Shown one piece after another: positions 33,820 to 47,848 of a stretch of 58,367 bases of DNA. Both the position numbers and the translations under genes were made by a program. The stretch comes from Coniocarpon cinnabarinum (lineage: Eukaryota). The DNA lies in contig JAVECO010000058.1 of the NCBI GenBank assembly GCA_051942205.1, positions 62,001 to 120,367 of the forward strand. Direction: 5' to 3'. Position 1 is the stretch's first letter. Each line of letters starts with the position of its first letter. The notes beneath the pieces are model-generated. The model saw nothing but the letters and a program-made list of their open reading frames with translations. It was not told where the DNA came from and made no database searches.

Positions 33820-36800
33820 CTAAGTCCCATCCAGCTGGGCTTCAAACTCATCATGCACCTTTGAAGCCGGCTCGTTCGTCTTCAGCCGCTCAAGTTGATT
33901 AGTGACATGGTTGGCAAGGTGGTTGTCTGCGTCTTGCATCCGCTGTTTGGACACTTCGTCTGGCGCACCGACGGAAGCGGTGCGTGTGTGTGCGTCAGCA
34001 GCCTTCTTTGTAGCAGCGACCATATCGTCGCCTTCTTTGCCAAAGTAATCCTCGTCTTTGTTGTCTGCAGGAACGCCATTGGTTGGCTTCAGTGATGATC
34101 GACGCGCCAACTTGGGTGTTGTCGGCCGGCTGCTATCAATCGATTTGCGTCTAGCAAAGACATCGTCAAAGTAGTGCGCAGCCGCTGTGGTCGGGGTGCG
34201 TGGTGTTTGTGGCATACGGCAGGTGACACCGGTATCATGGATCAGCTTCGCGAGAAGTCCAGTCCAGCCGCACTGGTGACTGGCTCCGAGGCCACGACCC
34301 GTATCACCGTCGAAGTACTCGAAGAACCAGATGTGGTCGCGCCAGTTGGGGTCTGCGTCCAGAAGCGGGTGCTCATTGTGGACAGCACGTTTGCCTTCAA
34401 CGTTGCGTGCATAGAGATGTTGCAGACGATGTTGGAGTTCCTCAGCAACATGACCCAGATGCATCTCGTCTCCAGACCCAGTGGGGCATTCCACTTTAAA
34501 CGACTCACCGTAAAAGGTGTAGAAGCGCTGTAGCGACTCAATGAGCAGCATGTTCACAGCGATCCAGATTGGTCCACGCCAATTGCTGTTACCGCCAAAC
34601 AGTCCGCTATCAGATTCGCCAGGGAGATAGGCCACTTCATACCGCTGCCCATTGACATCCATGGAGAATGGATGGTCTTTGTGATGTCGGGACAGAGAGC
34701 GAATGCCGTAGGCGCTCAAAAATTCCTTCTCATCAAGCATGCGGTACAAGATGCGGCGAAGACGGTCCTCGTTGATGAATGACAAGAGCAGGCGCTGGTC
34801 CTTCCCCCTACGGGTTAGACTAGCAATGTTTCGTTTGGCAACAGCTGTGTTGTTTTCAATGAACCACTCGAGTCGGCGCTTGAAGTTCGGGAACTGATCA
34901 ATAATTTCTGGTTCCAGTGTCAATGTCGAATACAGGGGAACCAGCCCAACGAGTGATCTGACTGGTAGCTGTTGTGTGTACGGGCCACCCCAGGTGATTG
35001 CGTCGTAGTAAAAACCGTCTTCCTCGTTCCACAGCGGTTTCTCCTCCTTGCCGTGCCTATACTGCATGGCGTCACTGATCTGGATGAAGTGCTCAAAGAA
35101 CTTCGAAGCAATGTCCTCGTAAACGCGACGATGTTTGGCTAGTTCCAGGGCCATGTTCATCATGCACAAGGAGTAGAAACCCATCCAGCCGGTGCTGTCG
35201 GCCTGTTCGAGAGATCCACCCGTCGGCAACGGGTCCGAGCGGTTGAAAATGCCAATGTTGTCCATTCCCAAAAAGCCACCTTCGAAAACATTCTTGTCAT
35301 TTGAGTCTTTGCGGTTGACCCACCAGGTGAAGTTCAACAAAAGCTTGTGGAACACCCGTTCCAGGAAGTCAACATCTTCACGACCATACATCTTGCGCTC
35401 CATCTTGTACACTCGATAGACCGACCAGGCATGCACGGGAGGATTAACGTCACCAAAGTTCCACTCGTATGCCGGTAGCTGCCCATTCGGATGCAGATAC
35501 CACTCGCGAGTGAATACATCAAGCTGCTTCTTGGCATAGTCTGGATCGATCATGGCGATGGGTAAACAATGAAAGGCAGAGTCCCATGCGGCAAAAAAAG
35601 GGTACTCCCACGAGTCCGGCATTGACAAGACGTCGTCGAGAAACATGTGCTTCCAGTGCTCATTGCGAACGTGTTTGCGACTGTCTGGTGGCGGTGGTTG
35701 GCTCGGATCGCCGTTGGCCCACTGGTCCCAGACGAAGTGATAATGCTGCTTGCACCACAGCATTCCTGACAATGCTTGTCTCTGCACGTTTCGAAGATCC
35801 TGATCCATGGGCAATGGACTGACACGGAAGTAGAAGTCATCAGCCTCATTCCGACGTTGCTCTATCGTGTCGTCAAAGAGCTCCTCATCCATAAAGCCGT
35901 CAGGCTTAAGCTTGGTTAGCCTGAGGCGCACCACAGCACACTCGCCCGGTGCAACGCCACCATCTTCAGTAAACGAGTACCAAGCTGCGGCTTTCGTACC
36001 AACGTGAGCAGGATTGACTGCAGACTTTTCATGATGGACGACGTAATTGTGGAATGCGTCCTTGACATAGTCGACCTTGTTTTTACCCCAGCCCAGTGCC
36101 GAATAATTTGTGTCATTGTCAGTAAACAGGAGCTCAGGCTGGACGTCGTGAGTGCTATGCCCAACGCCTGGCGACGGCGAAAGCTCGAGATATCGTGTCC
36201 CGAGTTTCTCTTGGTTTGTCTCGATGGCAAGAGGCCCACTGGCGTGAGCAGAGGGCTTTTTGATGTCATCATATCCCCACGCCCAAGTGTTGCGGAACCA
36301 CACATGTGGGAGGACATGTAGTGGTGCTCGCTCAGGACCGCGGTTGTAGGCTGTCATACGAAACAGCAACTCATCTGGGTCTTGAGACTCTTTCGCAACC
36401 TCAATGTAGACGTCCCAGTATCGCTGATCATCGAACAGACCTGTGTCAAGAATGTTGTACTCACGCTCTTTCCGCGTACGTTTGGCATTGGTCTCCACAA
36501 GTTCTTTGTAGGGGAACTTCTGCTGGGGGTACTTGTAGTTGTACTTCATGTATGAGTGCTAGGCAAGTCAGTCGGTGCCTATGCTTGGCGAATATCTTGC
36601 ACTCACAGAGGGTACATTGTCGAGGTGGAAGTGAGCCTCCTTGATGCTCTCGCCATGATTACCTTGAGGGTTGGACAGACCAAAAAGCCGTTCTTTGAGG
36701 ATATCACTGAAACCGTCAGAACAGCTCTTGCGGACACGAGAGCATTACGCACTCCTTCTCGTTCCAGAAAGCGAATGCTACATGCTGGAGGCCATGAGAA

Positions 36801-37192
36801 TCGCAGACCCCAGCAATGCCATCCTCTCCCCAGCGATAGGCTCTTGATCGTGCCATCTCATGGTTGAAGTCTGCAATAGGCCTTTAGCGCATTCGAGACC
36901 AAAGCGTGAGAAAATACTTACGGCTCCAGGCATCGCCGTTGGGACTTTACACGAAGGTCAGCATATGTCCATGAAACACACAGCACAGAGCACCTACGAA
37001 TAGTCTTCCCTCACTGCAATGAACATGTCAGCAGCCAGTCAGTGGTGCAATGATGGCATGTCACCCACCTGTTGCCCACTGTCGCTCTGCGGTGTACGGG
37101 CCCCACTTCTTCCAGTATTTCTTTCTCTCGCGGTCATCCTTCAGCCGCATCTCCTCCGTGCAAAGGTACGTATGGTTATCGTGGACGACCAT
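33820..37192 (-). CDS. Glycoside hydrolase family 63-like (YMR196W-type) six-hairpin glycosidase; multi-exon
   Basis: WKKWGPYTAERQWAT/VREDYS/PNGDAWS/HFNHEMARSRAYRWGEDG; SMPDSWEYPFFAAWDSAFH, GQLPAYEWNFGDVNPP, FEGGFLGMDNIG, NSNWRGPIW, GLGASHQCGWTGL. Confidence 0.92.
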
Positions 37193-37878
37193 GGTGTTTG
37201 CCTCGTGCGGAGAGTGTTCAAAGTGAGAAGTGCTACTCTTTCCAAATAGCTTGTGAAGTAGACGCCGAAACCCAGGCCTTCTGATTCTTGACCGCCACTC
37301 GCGGGGCACTGGTAAGAGCTCTCAGACTTTCTGTGCGGGCGTCTCTAGAGGGTGGGTTGAAATGAGTCGAGCATGTAGGACCACAAGACTTGGGATTTGG
37401 CCGTGAAAGGGCGGAAGGTGTCAAGACTGCAATGCGAAAGTAGAAGAAAGCTATCCAAAGGAGGATGATAATGTAAGGAATGCGGATTTGAGATTGGACG
37501 AGAAGTCAGGATGGATTAGCGAGTGAAGACATTAGCGATGCCCGGCGACGAAACAAGAGAAGGGACACATGGTGACGCCGCAGGAACAGGCAATGGCAAC
37601 GGAGTGGTGAGTGACCCAAGAGAAGAACTCCACCGCAGTATCTGTCGAGAAGTGACCCGCGACAACTTCCCTATCAATTGTGTAGAATAGCTGCAAGGTC
37701 CCACTTTCTCCAATCGATAAGTCCTACGCTTGGGGCTAAAACGAAAACGTTGAGACGATCAGCATAACTAAGGGTCTGTTATGCGCGACTTATGGGTTTA
37801 CCGCGGTCCCTGCCTTGGAGCTGCAATCATTTTCTGAAAATCTTTCATCTGTGGGAAAGTTTGCATCCTCGAGGGTTG

Positions 37879-38850
37879 CTACGCCTCTGCAGTGTCCAGC
37901 GTCCCTTTGCCTCCGGTCGATGCTATAGCCTGTGCGCCTTTCTGCTGTTTGAGCTTCTCCTCGAAGCGCTCAAACTCACGCATCGCAATCTGCTCCTCCT
38001 CGTCCATCACCTGCTCAACGCCTTTGACTTCTTCCACATAATGCATCAGCATGCTCTCGATCCCATTCCGGAGCGTCACCGTGCTCGAGTCGCACGTTCT
38101 ACATGCACCCCGCAGCTTGAGCTTGACCCATCCGTCCTGGAATCCTCTGAAATCGATATCACCGCCGTCTTCTTGAATCGCAGGTCGGATGCGTGTCTCT
38201 AACAGCTCTTTGACCATGGACACCACTTCGCTGTCCTCGTCGCTCGCTGCGAGTGTATTGCTTTCCATGCCTTGGTCCTGACTTTGGGCTCCCTCTATTG
38301 TGGTGACCATCGGGCTGCCATTGGATACGGCCTCTGTGATCAGGCTGAAGACCTCTGGTCGGACATGCGCCCAATTTGCACTGGAGTCTTTTGTGATGGT
38401 GATATAATCCGCGCCATAGAAGACTGCCGTGACTCCATCTACAGCCAGCAGTTGACCAGCGAGCGGCGATGGATGGGGTGGTGAAATGGTTGCGCGAGGA
38501 GATGTATATTCAAGAAACGACGAAGGGAAGTCTTCCGGAAGGATGCGAGAGTTGGGCTTGAACTTCAAGGCGTCTTGGTTCGGAGTCGGCTCAGTCTGGA
38601 TGAACAAGTTGCGGCGTTGAGGAAGGGTTCGAGCTGATGTGTTGGTGCTTGATGATGAAGCGGTCGGTCGCCGTGATGACAATACTGTGGAACGTGTAGG
38701 CTCATGTCTTGCTGTGTGGATGCGGCGTGATGCTTGAATAAAGGGCGCTTTGAATGCTTGAGGGGTCGCCTGAGGTGCCGCGCAATGCTTTCGTGCAACC
38801 GCGCGGCATGCTGCTCGTAGCAAAGGCTGTGAAGTTGTAGCATTCGACAT
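37879..38850 (-). CDS. NFU1: Mitochondrial Fe-S cluster carrier Nfu1
   Basis: Arg-rich presequence, LFIQTEPTPNQDALKF, IRPAIQEDGGDI, LRGACRTC (CxxC), TLRNGIESMLMHY. Confidence 0.95.
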   Translation of the reverse strand: MSNATTSQPLLRAACRAVARKHCAAPQATPQAFKAPFIQASRRIHTARHEPTRSTVLSSRRPTASSSSTNTSARTLPQRRNLFIQTEPTPNQDALKFKPNSRILPEDFPSSFLEYTSPRATISPPHPSPLAGQLLAVDGVTAVFYGADYITITKDSSANWAHVRPEVFSLITEAVSNGSPMVTTIEGAQSQDQGMESNTLAASDEDSEVVSMVKELLETRIRPAIQEDGGDIDFRGFQDGWVKLKLRGACRTCDSSTVTLRNGIESMLMHYVEEVKGVEQVMDEEEQIAMREFERFEEKLKQQKGAQAIASTGGKGTLDTAEA

Positions 38851-39151
38851 GCTGCATACGTTGTAAGTACGTTGTGAAGAGGTCCAAGGAAGTTGGTGAC
38901 TGAAGATGTAGATTGATCATCAACTCGCCATCCGGTCGTGAAAAGGGTGCCAAGCTTTGACGTCATAGCTTTGCTTCCATTCTCTGATCTGCGGTGGGAG
39001 ATTCCAGGTGCCTGGGTAGCTATAGCTAACTTAATAGCTATGCGGACCGATGCGCAGAAGGAACGTATCTTGAACTTGCAATTAGGACAGTCCAGAGCCG
39101 TCTAATTTCGTTCCTCACACCAACCACACCCACCTCAAATTCAAAACGCAC

Positions 39152-39817
39152 ATGGCCGCATCATTCAACATCGTCTGCACCGTCTGCACCAGCAACCCAG
39201 CCCGCTACAAATGCCCCCACTGCCTAACACGCTACTGCTCTCAAACCTGCTTCAAAGAGCACAAAACCAAAACGCATCCGCTTCTTGACACGAGCACCAC
39301 CCAACTACCGGCCCCTCCGCCTCCTCCGCTCCCGCAAGTACCAATGGCGCCAACCCAACCCACAACCACGAACAAGTCCTCCAATCCCTACGAGTCCCTG
39401 CTCGAATCCACAGAGCCAGCCACACTCTCTCCGCCAGTTACCAAGCTCTTCCACGATAATCCCGACCTCAAGAAACAGCTGCGCTACTTTTACCTCGAGC
39501 TAAAGCGTCCTCGTCCACCACGCGCCGCTGCTCCTAAGTTTGGGCGAAAGGATCAGCTTCGCGAGGGGAGGCAGGAGCCATGGGGTGAGGCGGCCGTGCT
39601 GCAGTGGCTCAAAGAGGCCGATGAGCGCGGGAAGTTGCTGGATGGGGCGCCATTGCAGGGGAAGAAGAAGCAAGCGGTGATGGAGCAAGATGCGGAAGAG
39701 GGAGGCGACAGCTTGAGAGCGTTCGCCAATCTAGTGGAAGCTGCTTGCACGCCGGAGACAGGTCGCGAAGCTGAAGCAGTGAACGAGCTGAGACATGAGA
39801 ACAATTTGGGTGCATGA
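39152..39817 (+). CDS. HIT1: Zinc finger HIT-type protein (probable box C/D snoRNP assembly factor Hit1)
   Basis: N-terminal CTVC...ARYKCPHCLTRYCSQTCFKEHK zf-HIT; size fits Hit1 rather than Bcd1. Confidence 0.65.
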   Translation: MAASFNIVCTVCTSNPARYKCPHCLTRYCSQTCFKEHKTKTHPLLDTSTTQLPAPPPPPLPQVPMAPTQPTTTNKSSNPYESLLESTEPATLSPPVTKLFHDNPDLKKQLRYFYLELKRPRPPRAAAPKFGRKDQLREGRQEPWGEAAVLQWLKEADERGKLLDGAPLQGKKKQAVMEQDAEEGGDSLRAFANLVEAACTPETGREAEAVNELRHENNLGA

Positions 39818-39991
39818 GACGCCTCAGCCTCAGATCTTGTTCTTGGGCTGAAGGATATTGACTGCGCCAGCGTAAGCACGATCCAACCGCCCGCGCACAT
39901 ATTGTACAATTAGCCATGAATCATGCCATCATGCCATCGTTCCAGACCAACGCCGCGCTGAAAAATGCAGACACAAATCAGACCTCGCTTT

Positions 39992-40947
39992 TCATAACCG
40001 GAGTTTATCACCGCTCAGCCAGCCAACCCACCACCTCCTCAACCATCTTGCCAACATCTTGCCTTCATCGAAGCCTCCCTGCGCATCTTTCTTGGGTCTC
40101 TCGTCTGAGAAGCCATCCGCAACATCGTTGGCTGTTATGGCACTCATAATCCACCAGAGCGCAACCACCAGCGCTGCGAAAGCCACCGCAATCGACGAAA
40201 AGGGCGATAGAAGAAGAACAATGAGCGTAAGTCCAACGGAAGGAGCGTCGGCCGTGCAGGTAGACAAACCCGCTTCTTCATCAGAAATGCCATTGTCGAG
40301 TGCGACCGGCCAACTACGTCGGATGTTGTGGGTGTCAGCGCGTGATGATGACCAGGCGCATCTGTATTGTAGATTCGTGGCGTAGACAAGATAGCTGCGA
40401 AGTTGTGCAGACATTGGCTTTCGCGAAGAGACACACAGTCGAAGAGGTGCCACGCCAAGAGCCAGCAAAGTTGCGAGGACAGCATAGAGCGCCGTCCCTA
40501 TACTAATGAATGGAATGATTGACATGAAGTTAATCTGATACTTTGTCAACACATGCCATCAACAGAACTTCCTCCACCTGATGAGCCTACCAGAGCTCCC
40601 ACGTCCTTCTTGAGCAGCCGCCTTTCCGTGATATGCTGCTGGCGGGATGTGTCATGGGTCCTGTCCGACATGGTTGACGGCCAGCCCGGAGCCGACATTG
40701 AACGCTTCTCGGAGGAGCGCGTATGTCCATCTGAGGCCCTCGGGGTAAGCGGTGGTTGATCGGGAGCCGTCGTGGATGGGCTTCGTTCTCCATGTATAAC
40801 AGTCACGACACTCTGGCTTGGCTCAGACGGATGCTTTCGCCAGACGTGGGTCGATGGAGCTTGGCGATCGTCGAGCATCTGCGACACCAGCTCAGCGGAG
40901 GCGCTGCCGCTCGGTGGCAGATGGCAGGCATGGGGGCTTGAAGACAT
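39992..40947 (-). CDS. Conserved hypothetical fungal membrane protein; 2 exons, probable GC-AG intron
   Basis: ORFs 40546-40947 and 39992-40552 join in phase via intron 40498-40556. TM segments TALYAVLATLLALGVAPLRLC and LLLSPFSSIAVAFAALVVALWW; C-terminal WLRRWWVGWL. Confidence 0.65.
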
Positions 40948-41905
40948 TGGCAGCCCTTATACTGAGGGGGCCACCGCGACGTGCCAGCAAGCTCTCACAA
41001 GAGCAGACAGTCTTGCTTGGCAGCCGGAGTCCGGCAGACGAGGATTGCGTAGACGTGTCTTGGTATTGGATTGGCACCGCTGGTCACGACGTCATGCTGG
41101 ACACAGGCCGAAACGGGACCTGACAGACGCTGCTGGCGGCGCGAGCAGGTCGAGAGATGGAGGAGAGTCGGCTCGAGGCATGGCGAAGGGGCGCAAGAAG
41201 ACGCTCACCCTGGGCCACGGGCGCTGTGAAGGAGAAGCGACGCCTTCACGCCTCGTGCAACGGATCACGGATGCTTGGCTCGTCTCTTGGCAAGCATACA
41301 CTATCACCTTGGCGAGCTGGCCTTTGCGGGGCTGCCTGCGTGCGGCCGTCGTCGAGCCAAACGACGGGGTCCATCGCGGTGGAGCAGTGCCTGCGGTGCG
41401 GCGGCGACAGCGCGCGAGCGGGGCGGACGGACGTGGAGTAGGTAGCTGTCTTGCTTGTTCCACGAGCACAGGTGAAGGAAGGATCAAGTTGGAGCGTTGA
41501 GTCGAGCGCCAAGACGTAAGGCTGACGGTTTCGAGTCACGCGTGGTGGTTCGTGCTCCAAACGCTGCCAGAGGGAATTCACGTGCCCAGACTGGCTCCCA
41601 ACCCAGAAGCCAATTCTGGTCCTGAAACTCAGATCTCACGCCGCATGTCTCACAGCCGGCGGTACATTGGCACCGACAATGAGTTCCTCGGACATGGGTC
41701 TAGATGGCATGGCATCCTGGGCGTGTATTATCCCCGCTGTAACACGAATTTCATGCTCTCAGAATCTACCGATCTGGTCTAACATCGTCCAATAAGTCAG
41801 TGCCTTGAAACACCAGAGGCCTGCGCACATTCCTACACTCTTCTTCATTGGCTCCAGGTGCGGTATGTCGCACCCCGATACTCGACCAGTGACTGCGACG
41901 CCATC

Positions 41906-44305
41906 CTAGATCAACTGCTGGAAGGCCCGGTTCAGAGGCGATCGCAGGGGCTTGACCTCCTTGTAAAAGTCCACTGTCGCCACGGCGCGTTTCGCAACGC
42001 CCTCTGGTGTGAACTCAAACTTCTTGTAGACGTCTTTGTACGCGCCAGATGCGCCAAACCGGTTGAGGCCAAATTGCTCGTGTGAGTATTTCTCCCATCC
42101 GAGGGTCGACATGACCTCGACGGACAGTGCTGGGACGCCATCTGGAATGACAGATAGCTTGTAATCTTTCGACTGCGCGTCAAAAATCTCGACGCATGGC
42201 ATGGACACCACACGTGCAGAAATCCCGTGCTGGTCTTTGAGCAGCTTGACGGCCTCAAGACACAGGGACACTTCTGAGCCCGTGCTGACCAATGTGATTG
42301 CGGCATTCTTGTCCTCGAGCATTGCGTAACCGCCCTTGGTCGCATGCTCAATCGTAGAGCCCTCCAGCTGCGGCAGGTTTTGACGCGTCAAAGCGAGAAT
42401 AGAGGGCGTTGTCTGTGTAGTGAGAGCTACGTAGTACGCAGCGCTGGTTTCGTTGCCATCCGCCGGTCGCCACACCATCATGTTGGGCAGAGCACGGAAG
42501 TGTGCCAGCGTCTCTATCGGCTGGTGCGTCGGGCCGTCTTCACCAAGACCGATAGAGTCGTGCGTCGCGATGTAAATGACACGCTTGTGAGATAACGCCG
42601 AGAGGCGCACAGACCCAGCAGCATAAGATACGAAGTTCAGAAACGTGCCACCGGCAGGAATGACAGTTCCGTAGGCAGACATGCCGTTCATCATACCAGC
42701 CATGGCATGCTCACGTACACCATACCTTATGTAGCGGCCTGAGTAATCACCGAGGCCGGTACTTGGTGGCTGCAGTTCTTTGGCGCCCTGAGCAGTCGGT
42801 ATTAGCGACACCTGCGTCTCCAAAAAGTCTGTGGACAGCTTACCTTCCAAATGGTATTGTTGCTGCCTGTCAGGTCAGCCGACCCGGAAAGGAGTTCTGG
42901 GATCACTCCGTGGATGGCGTTGAGGACTGCTTCGGAAAGCTTGCGGGATGCCACAGGTGAATCCGTTGGCTTGTATGTGGGAAGAGACTTTTGCCATCCC
43001 TCGGGCAATTTGCCGGTCATGCGCCTCACGAGGTCTTTGTGCAATTCAGGATGCTCTTTCCCGTATTTGGACAGCATGTCATTCCACTGTTGCTCCAAAG
43101 CAGCGCCCTCTGCAGCCTTTTTGTGGTAGAGATCGTAAACGTCCTGGGGTACAACGAATGACTCCTCGGGGTTGAATCCAAACTTCTGCTTGATTTGGAG
43201 GATGTCGTCCTTCTTCAGCGCATTTCCGTGTACACTGTGAGTGCCCTGATCTCGAGAACCAAAGCCGATAGTGGTGGTGAGCTTAATGACCGACGGTTTG
43301 TTCTTGACATCCTTGGCTTTTTGAATAGCGGTCTCCATGGCTGCAAGGTCATCATCACCCTTCTGCACCCACTGAGTATGCCATCCATATGCTTCAAAGC
43401 GCTTGAGCACATCTTCCGTGAAGGCAACATTGGTGTCACCATCTGGAAATGATGAGCAAGATCAGAGAAGACCAGTTCTATGGATACAACTCACCGATGG
43501 AGATGTGGTTGTCATCGTAAATGGCAATGAGTCTGCCAAGCTGCAAGTGACCAGCAGCGCTTGCTGCCTCAGAAGCAACACCCTCCATGGCACAGCCATC
43601 GCCAAAGAACATGAATGTGTAGTTGTCCACAATGTCGAAGCCAGGCTTGTTGAAGACAGCGGCTGTGTGTTCCTGGGCCAGAGCGAGACCCACGGCGTTG
43701 CTGAAACCTTGGCCGAGAGGTCCGGTCGTCACTTCCACGCCGTCTGTGTCATGGGATTCTGGATGACCGGGAGTGAGACTGTCGACTTGCTGATTTTGAG
43801 GTCAGAAGGCCTGTTGCAGACACTTTGTTCGAAAATCGCTACTAACCCGAAAGTGCTTGAGGTCATCCATGCTGAGCTTGTATCCGAAAAGATGGAGCAA
43901 AGCATACTGAAGCATGCAGCCATGGCCGTTGGACAGGATAAAGCGATCTCGATTCAGCCTTCGCACAGGTTAGAGGTGGTTGGACACAGACTCTGCAATG
44001 AGGACTCACCAGCTTGAGTTTTTCGGATTGAATTTCATAAACTTGTTGAAGAGAACATGAGAGATAGGGGCCCTCGAAAACGGATGTCAGAAGCGGGGCT
44101 CGAGCCTACAACGAGGTTCGACAAGGACTCACATGCCCATTGGGGCGCCCGGGTGTCCACTGTTTGCATTGAAGGTGGCATCGACCTATCAGTGGGCTCA
44201 GGTCAGTTGAGACGGCGACGGCAAGGGTAGGTCGATGGAGCTGGGACGAACAGCGAGAAGACGGATGGTGTTGATGGCTTTCCAGTCAAGGTCGGTGTAT
44301 GACAT
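41906..44305 (-). CDS. TKL1: Transketolase; multi-exon
   Basis: [55 protein letters not shown]...[41 protein letters not shown]. Confidence 0.97.
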
Positions 44306-44875
44306 CTTGACAGACTTGTACGAGGAGTTGGAGGGGGGTTATGGCAATGCGTGGTCTTGTTGCAGAGGAAGAGGACGAGGCCACGAGCGGCAGAAGGTAA
44401 GTGCAGATGGTGAGCTGCGTCTGCGGTGGCATTCGCGGCGAAAAAATTATGGTGGGGCCACGAGTGACTTCACCCGCGCGAGTCATGGCCTTCCCGGGAC
44501 ACTCCAGCGCTCCACCGCCTTTCCGCTCGGAGGTGCTCCACCATGTGCGTCCCTCAAGGAGTCAACGGGTTCTCTCTTCGTGCAGAGACGCCCAGAACCT
44601 CAGCAGCCAAGACCCGGTCAATGCATGATGTCTGCTGCGGATCGTGCTCCTCGGAACAACGACCGGACCAACGCGTTGTGAAGGGTTTGCGGCTATTGCG
44701 GCTACAGACTCACTTATGGTGATCACCATGGCCCACCTCCGCGCATTGCACCTCTGACTGCTCACGGGCGTGGCTTGTTTCTTCCCACACGTTCTGCTCA
44801 AATTCGCAGGGAGCAACTGCTGTTGGTGAATATGAGGGCCCTCTTAGACCGCTCTTTTCAACACACTCATTGCCG

Positions 44876-46109
<1,234 letters not shown>

Positions 46110-46676
46110 GTCTTTGAATGAAATCCGAGCGTTGACCGTTTCGAAAGATGTGTACGGTGTCGGCGGACCAGTGAATGTTGATATAGAGACGAACGGGATT
46201 AGCGCGGTTTAAAGATTTTGGATGTCCTAAACAGGTGAAGGCGTGAGCTGCCCCACGCAGGGCGAGAAGTGAGATGCGCCTCAGGGTCTGGTTCCTGGCT
46301 TGACTCTGACTCAAGCCGACCAGCCAGATGCAGCACAATACGTACAAACAGAAGACTGTGACTGGGTCCTAGAACTCTGTCAAGCCTTCCCATTTGGAGA
46401 TAGCTGATGCTATAGCGCGCCAAAGAAACTCCCGTCCTCGGGCTCCTGTGTACCGTGTAGAAAAGCAAGTCTATCTGCAGAATCCCATCGATGAGCCAAT
46501 GCAACCAAACACAGTCCCTGCTTTGAACGCTCACATGACCGGCCGCTATCAATGATATCCCCCTATCCCAGCCTTTGACAGCCAATCCTCAGCACTCCAT
46601 ACTCAAAATCCCTACCGCTGTGCTGTGCTCTGTTCCACCTGTCCAGACGCCCAATGTTCCTAATCTGGCTCCTTGC

Positions 46677-47848
46677 CTAATGCTTCGCTGTAACTGACTC
46701 CCCAGTAACCTTCTCGACGAATTCCTTCGCGATGTCGCCCAAAGCCACCATGCAGATCGTCTGCCACACGCCCAGCGCTATGCGGGGCGTGACGCCTCTG
46801 TACAAGCCCATGATGCCATTGTTCGAGTAGATGTACTTCGCGGCGTTGAAGACGTTCATCTTCTTCGGTCGATTCGGATCTTCCGCTTTGCTCTGCAGCT
46901 CCACTCGGATGACTTCGATCGGCTGATTCCATGCGCTCAGGCCTCCACCAAGACCACTCGCCAGAATCTTTTCGCCCGCGCTCATCCTCTCACCGTGATC
47001 TTTGCCGGTGCTTTTCCGGATCATGTTCTCAGCAACGCGGGACAGTCCGAACCTGCTGCCCCAGTTGGTTACCTGACGCACAGCGACAGCATTGACGCCC
47101 TTGTTGATTCCGCGAATACCTTCTGCCCGGTAGATGTTCATGAAAGTTTCCATTGTGCCAGGTGGCTTGCCTCCAGCCGCGGCGACCTTGTGCTTTGTGA
47201 TTTCAACAGTCTTCATGCAAGTGCAGAATCCCATTGTTGCGTATGCTTGTGCCAATCCACCAGTCATACCACCACCAATGCCAGCGACGAAGTTCGAGGC
47301 ACCGAAAGTCTTGGCATGGTATTCGGCCTCAGAGGCTACGAACAACAGGACTGCACCCTTTGTCGAGGCCTCTATCCAGGCCCATGGAATCAATCCTTGA
47401 TAGACTGTACAATATTCAGTGTGACCTCAAGAAGCCATCAGTAGAGCACAGCGTACATCCAAGGGCACCACCGCGACTCCAAACCCTTCCAATGGCTCCG
47501 GCCAATCCATCTTTTCGATGCGCGGCCATCGTCGTTTTAGCGACTTCGAGTGGCTGTGAGACATGTTATGTGCTAGTCTTAGAGTCTTTGAGCAGCTCAA
47601 TTGCTTACCTGGCCAAGCGTCGTGACTCTGACAAAGCGTTAGCGATGGATTCTGTCTCAAGTGTGTTGTCTAGCACTTACTCAAACATGTTGAGGCCAGC
47701 GCCCACTGTAGTGAATGCGTCAGCACTTGGTCTGGCGAAATAGCGACTTCTACATGCATAACAGATTGCTGAACTTGACCGGCTTCTTCTCGATCTGTGC
47801 CGGAACAGTTGGCTGGTTCGAGCCCATTGCGCTCGCTGGTGACGACAT
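46677..47848 (-). CDS. YHM2: Mitochondrial citrate/oxoglutarate carrier Yhm2; multi-exon
   Basis: IEKKPVKFSNLL, GAGLNMFE, PLEVAKTTMAAHR, GLIPWAWIEASTKGAVLLF, MGFCTCMKTVEIT, RQVTNWGSRFG, WNQPIEVIRVE. Confidence 0.95.

Noticed and set aside
40772..41581. Overlapping ORFs of 94-242 aa upstream of the membrane protein gene
   Set aside because: GC-rich sequence giving chance ORFs on both strands with no domain signal; probably 5' UTR or promoter.
41755..41905. Branch/acceptor-like signal after the TKL1 stop suggesting a peroxisomal splice isoform
   Set aside because: No convincing donor, and the resulting C-terminus (GRF) is not a good PTS1.
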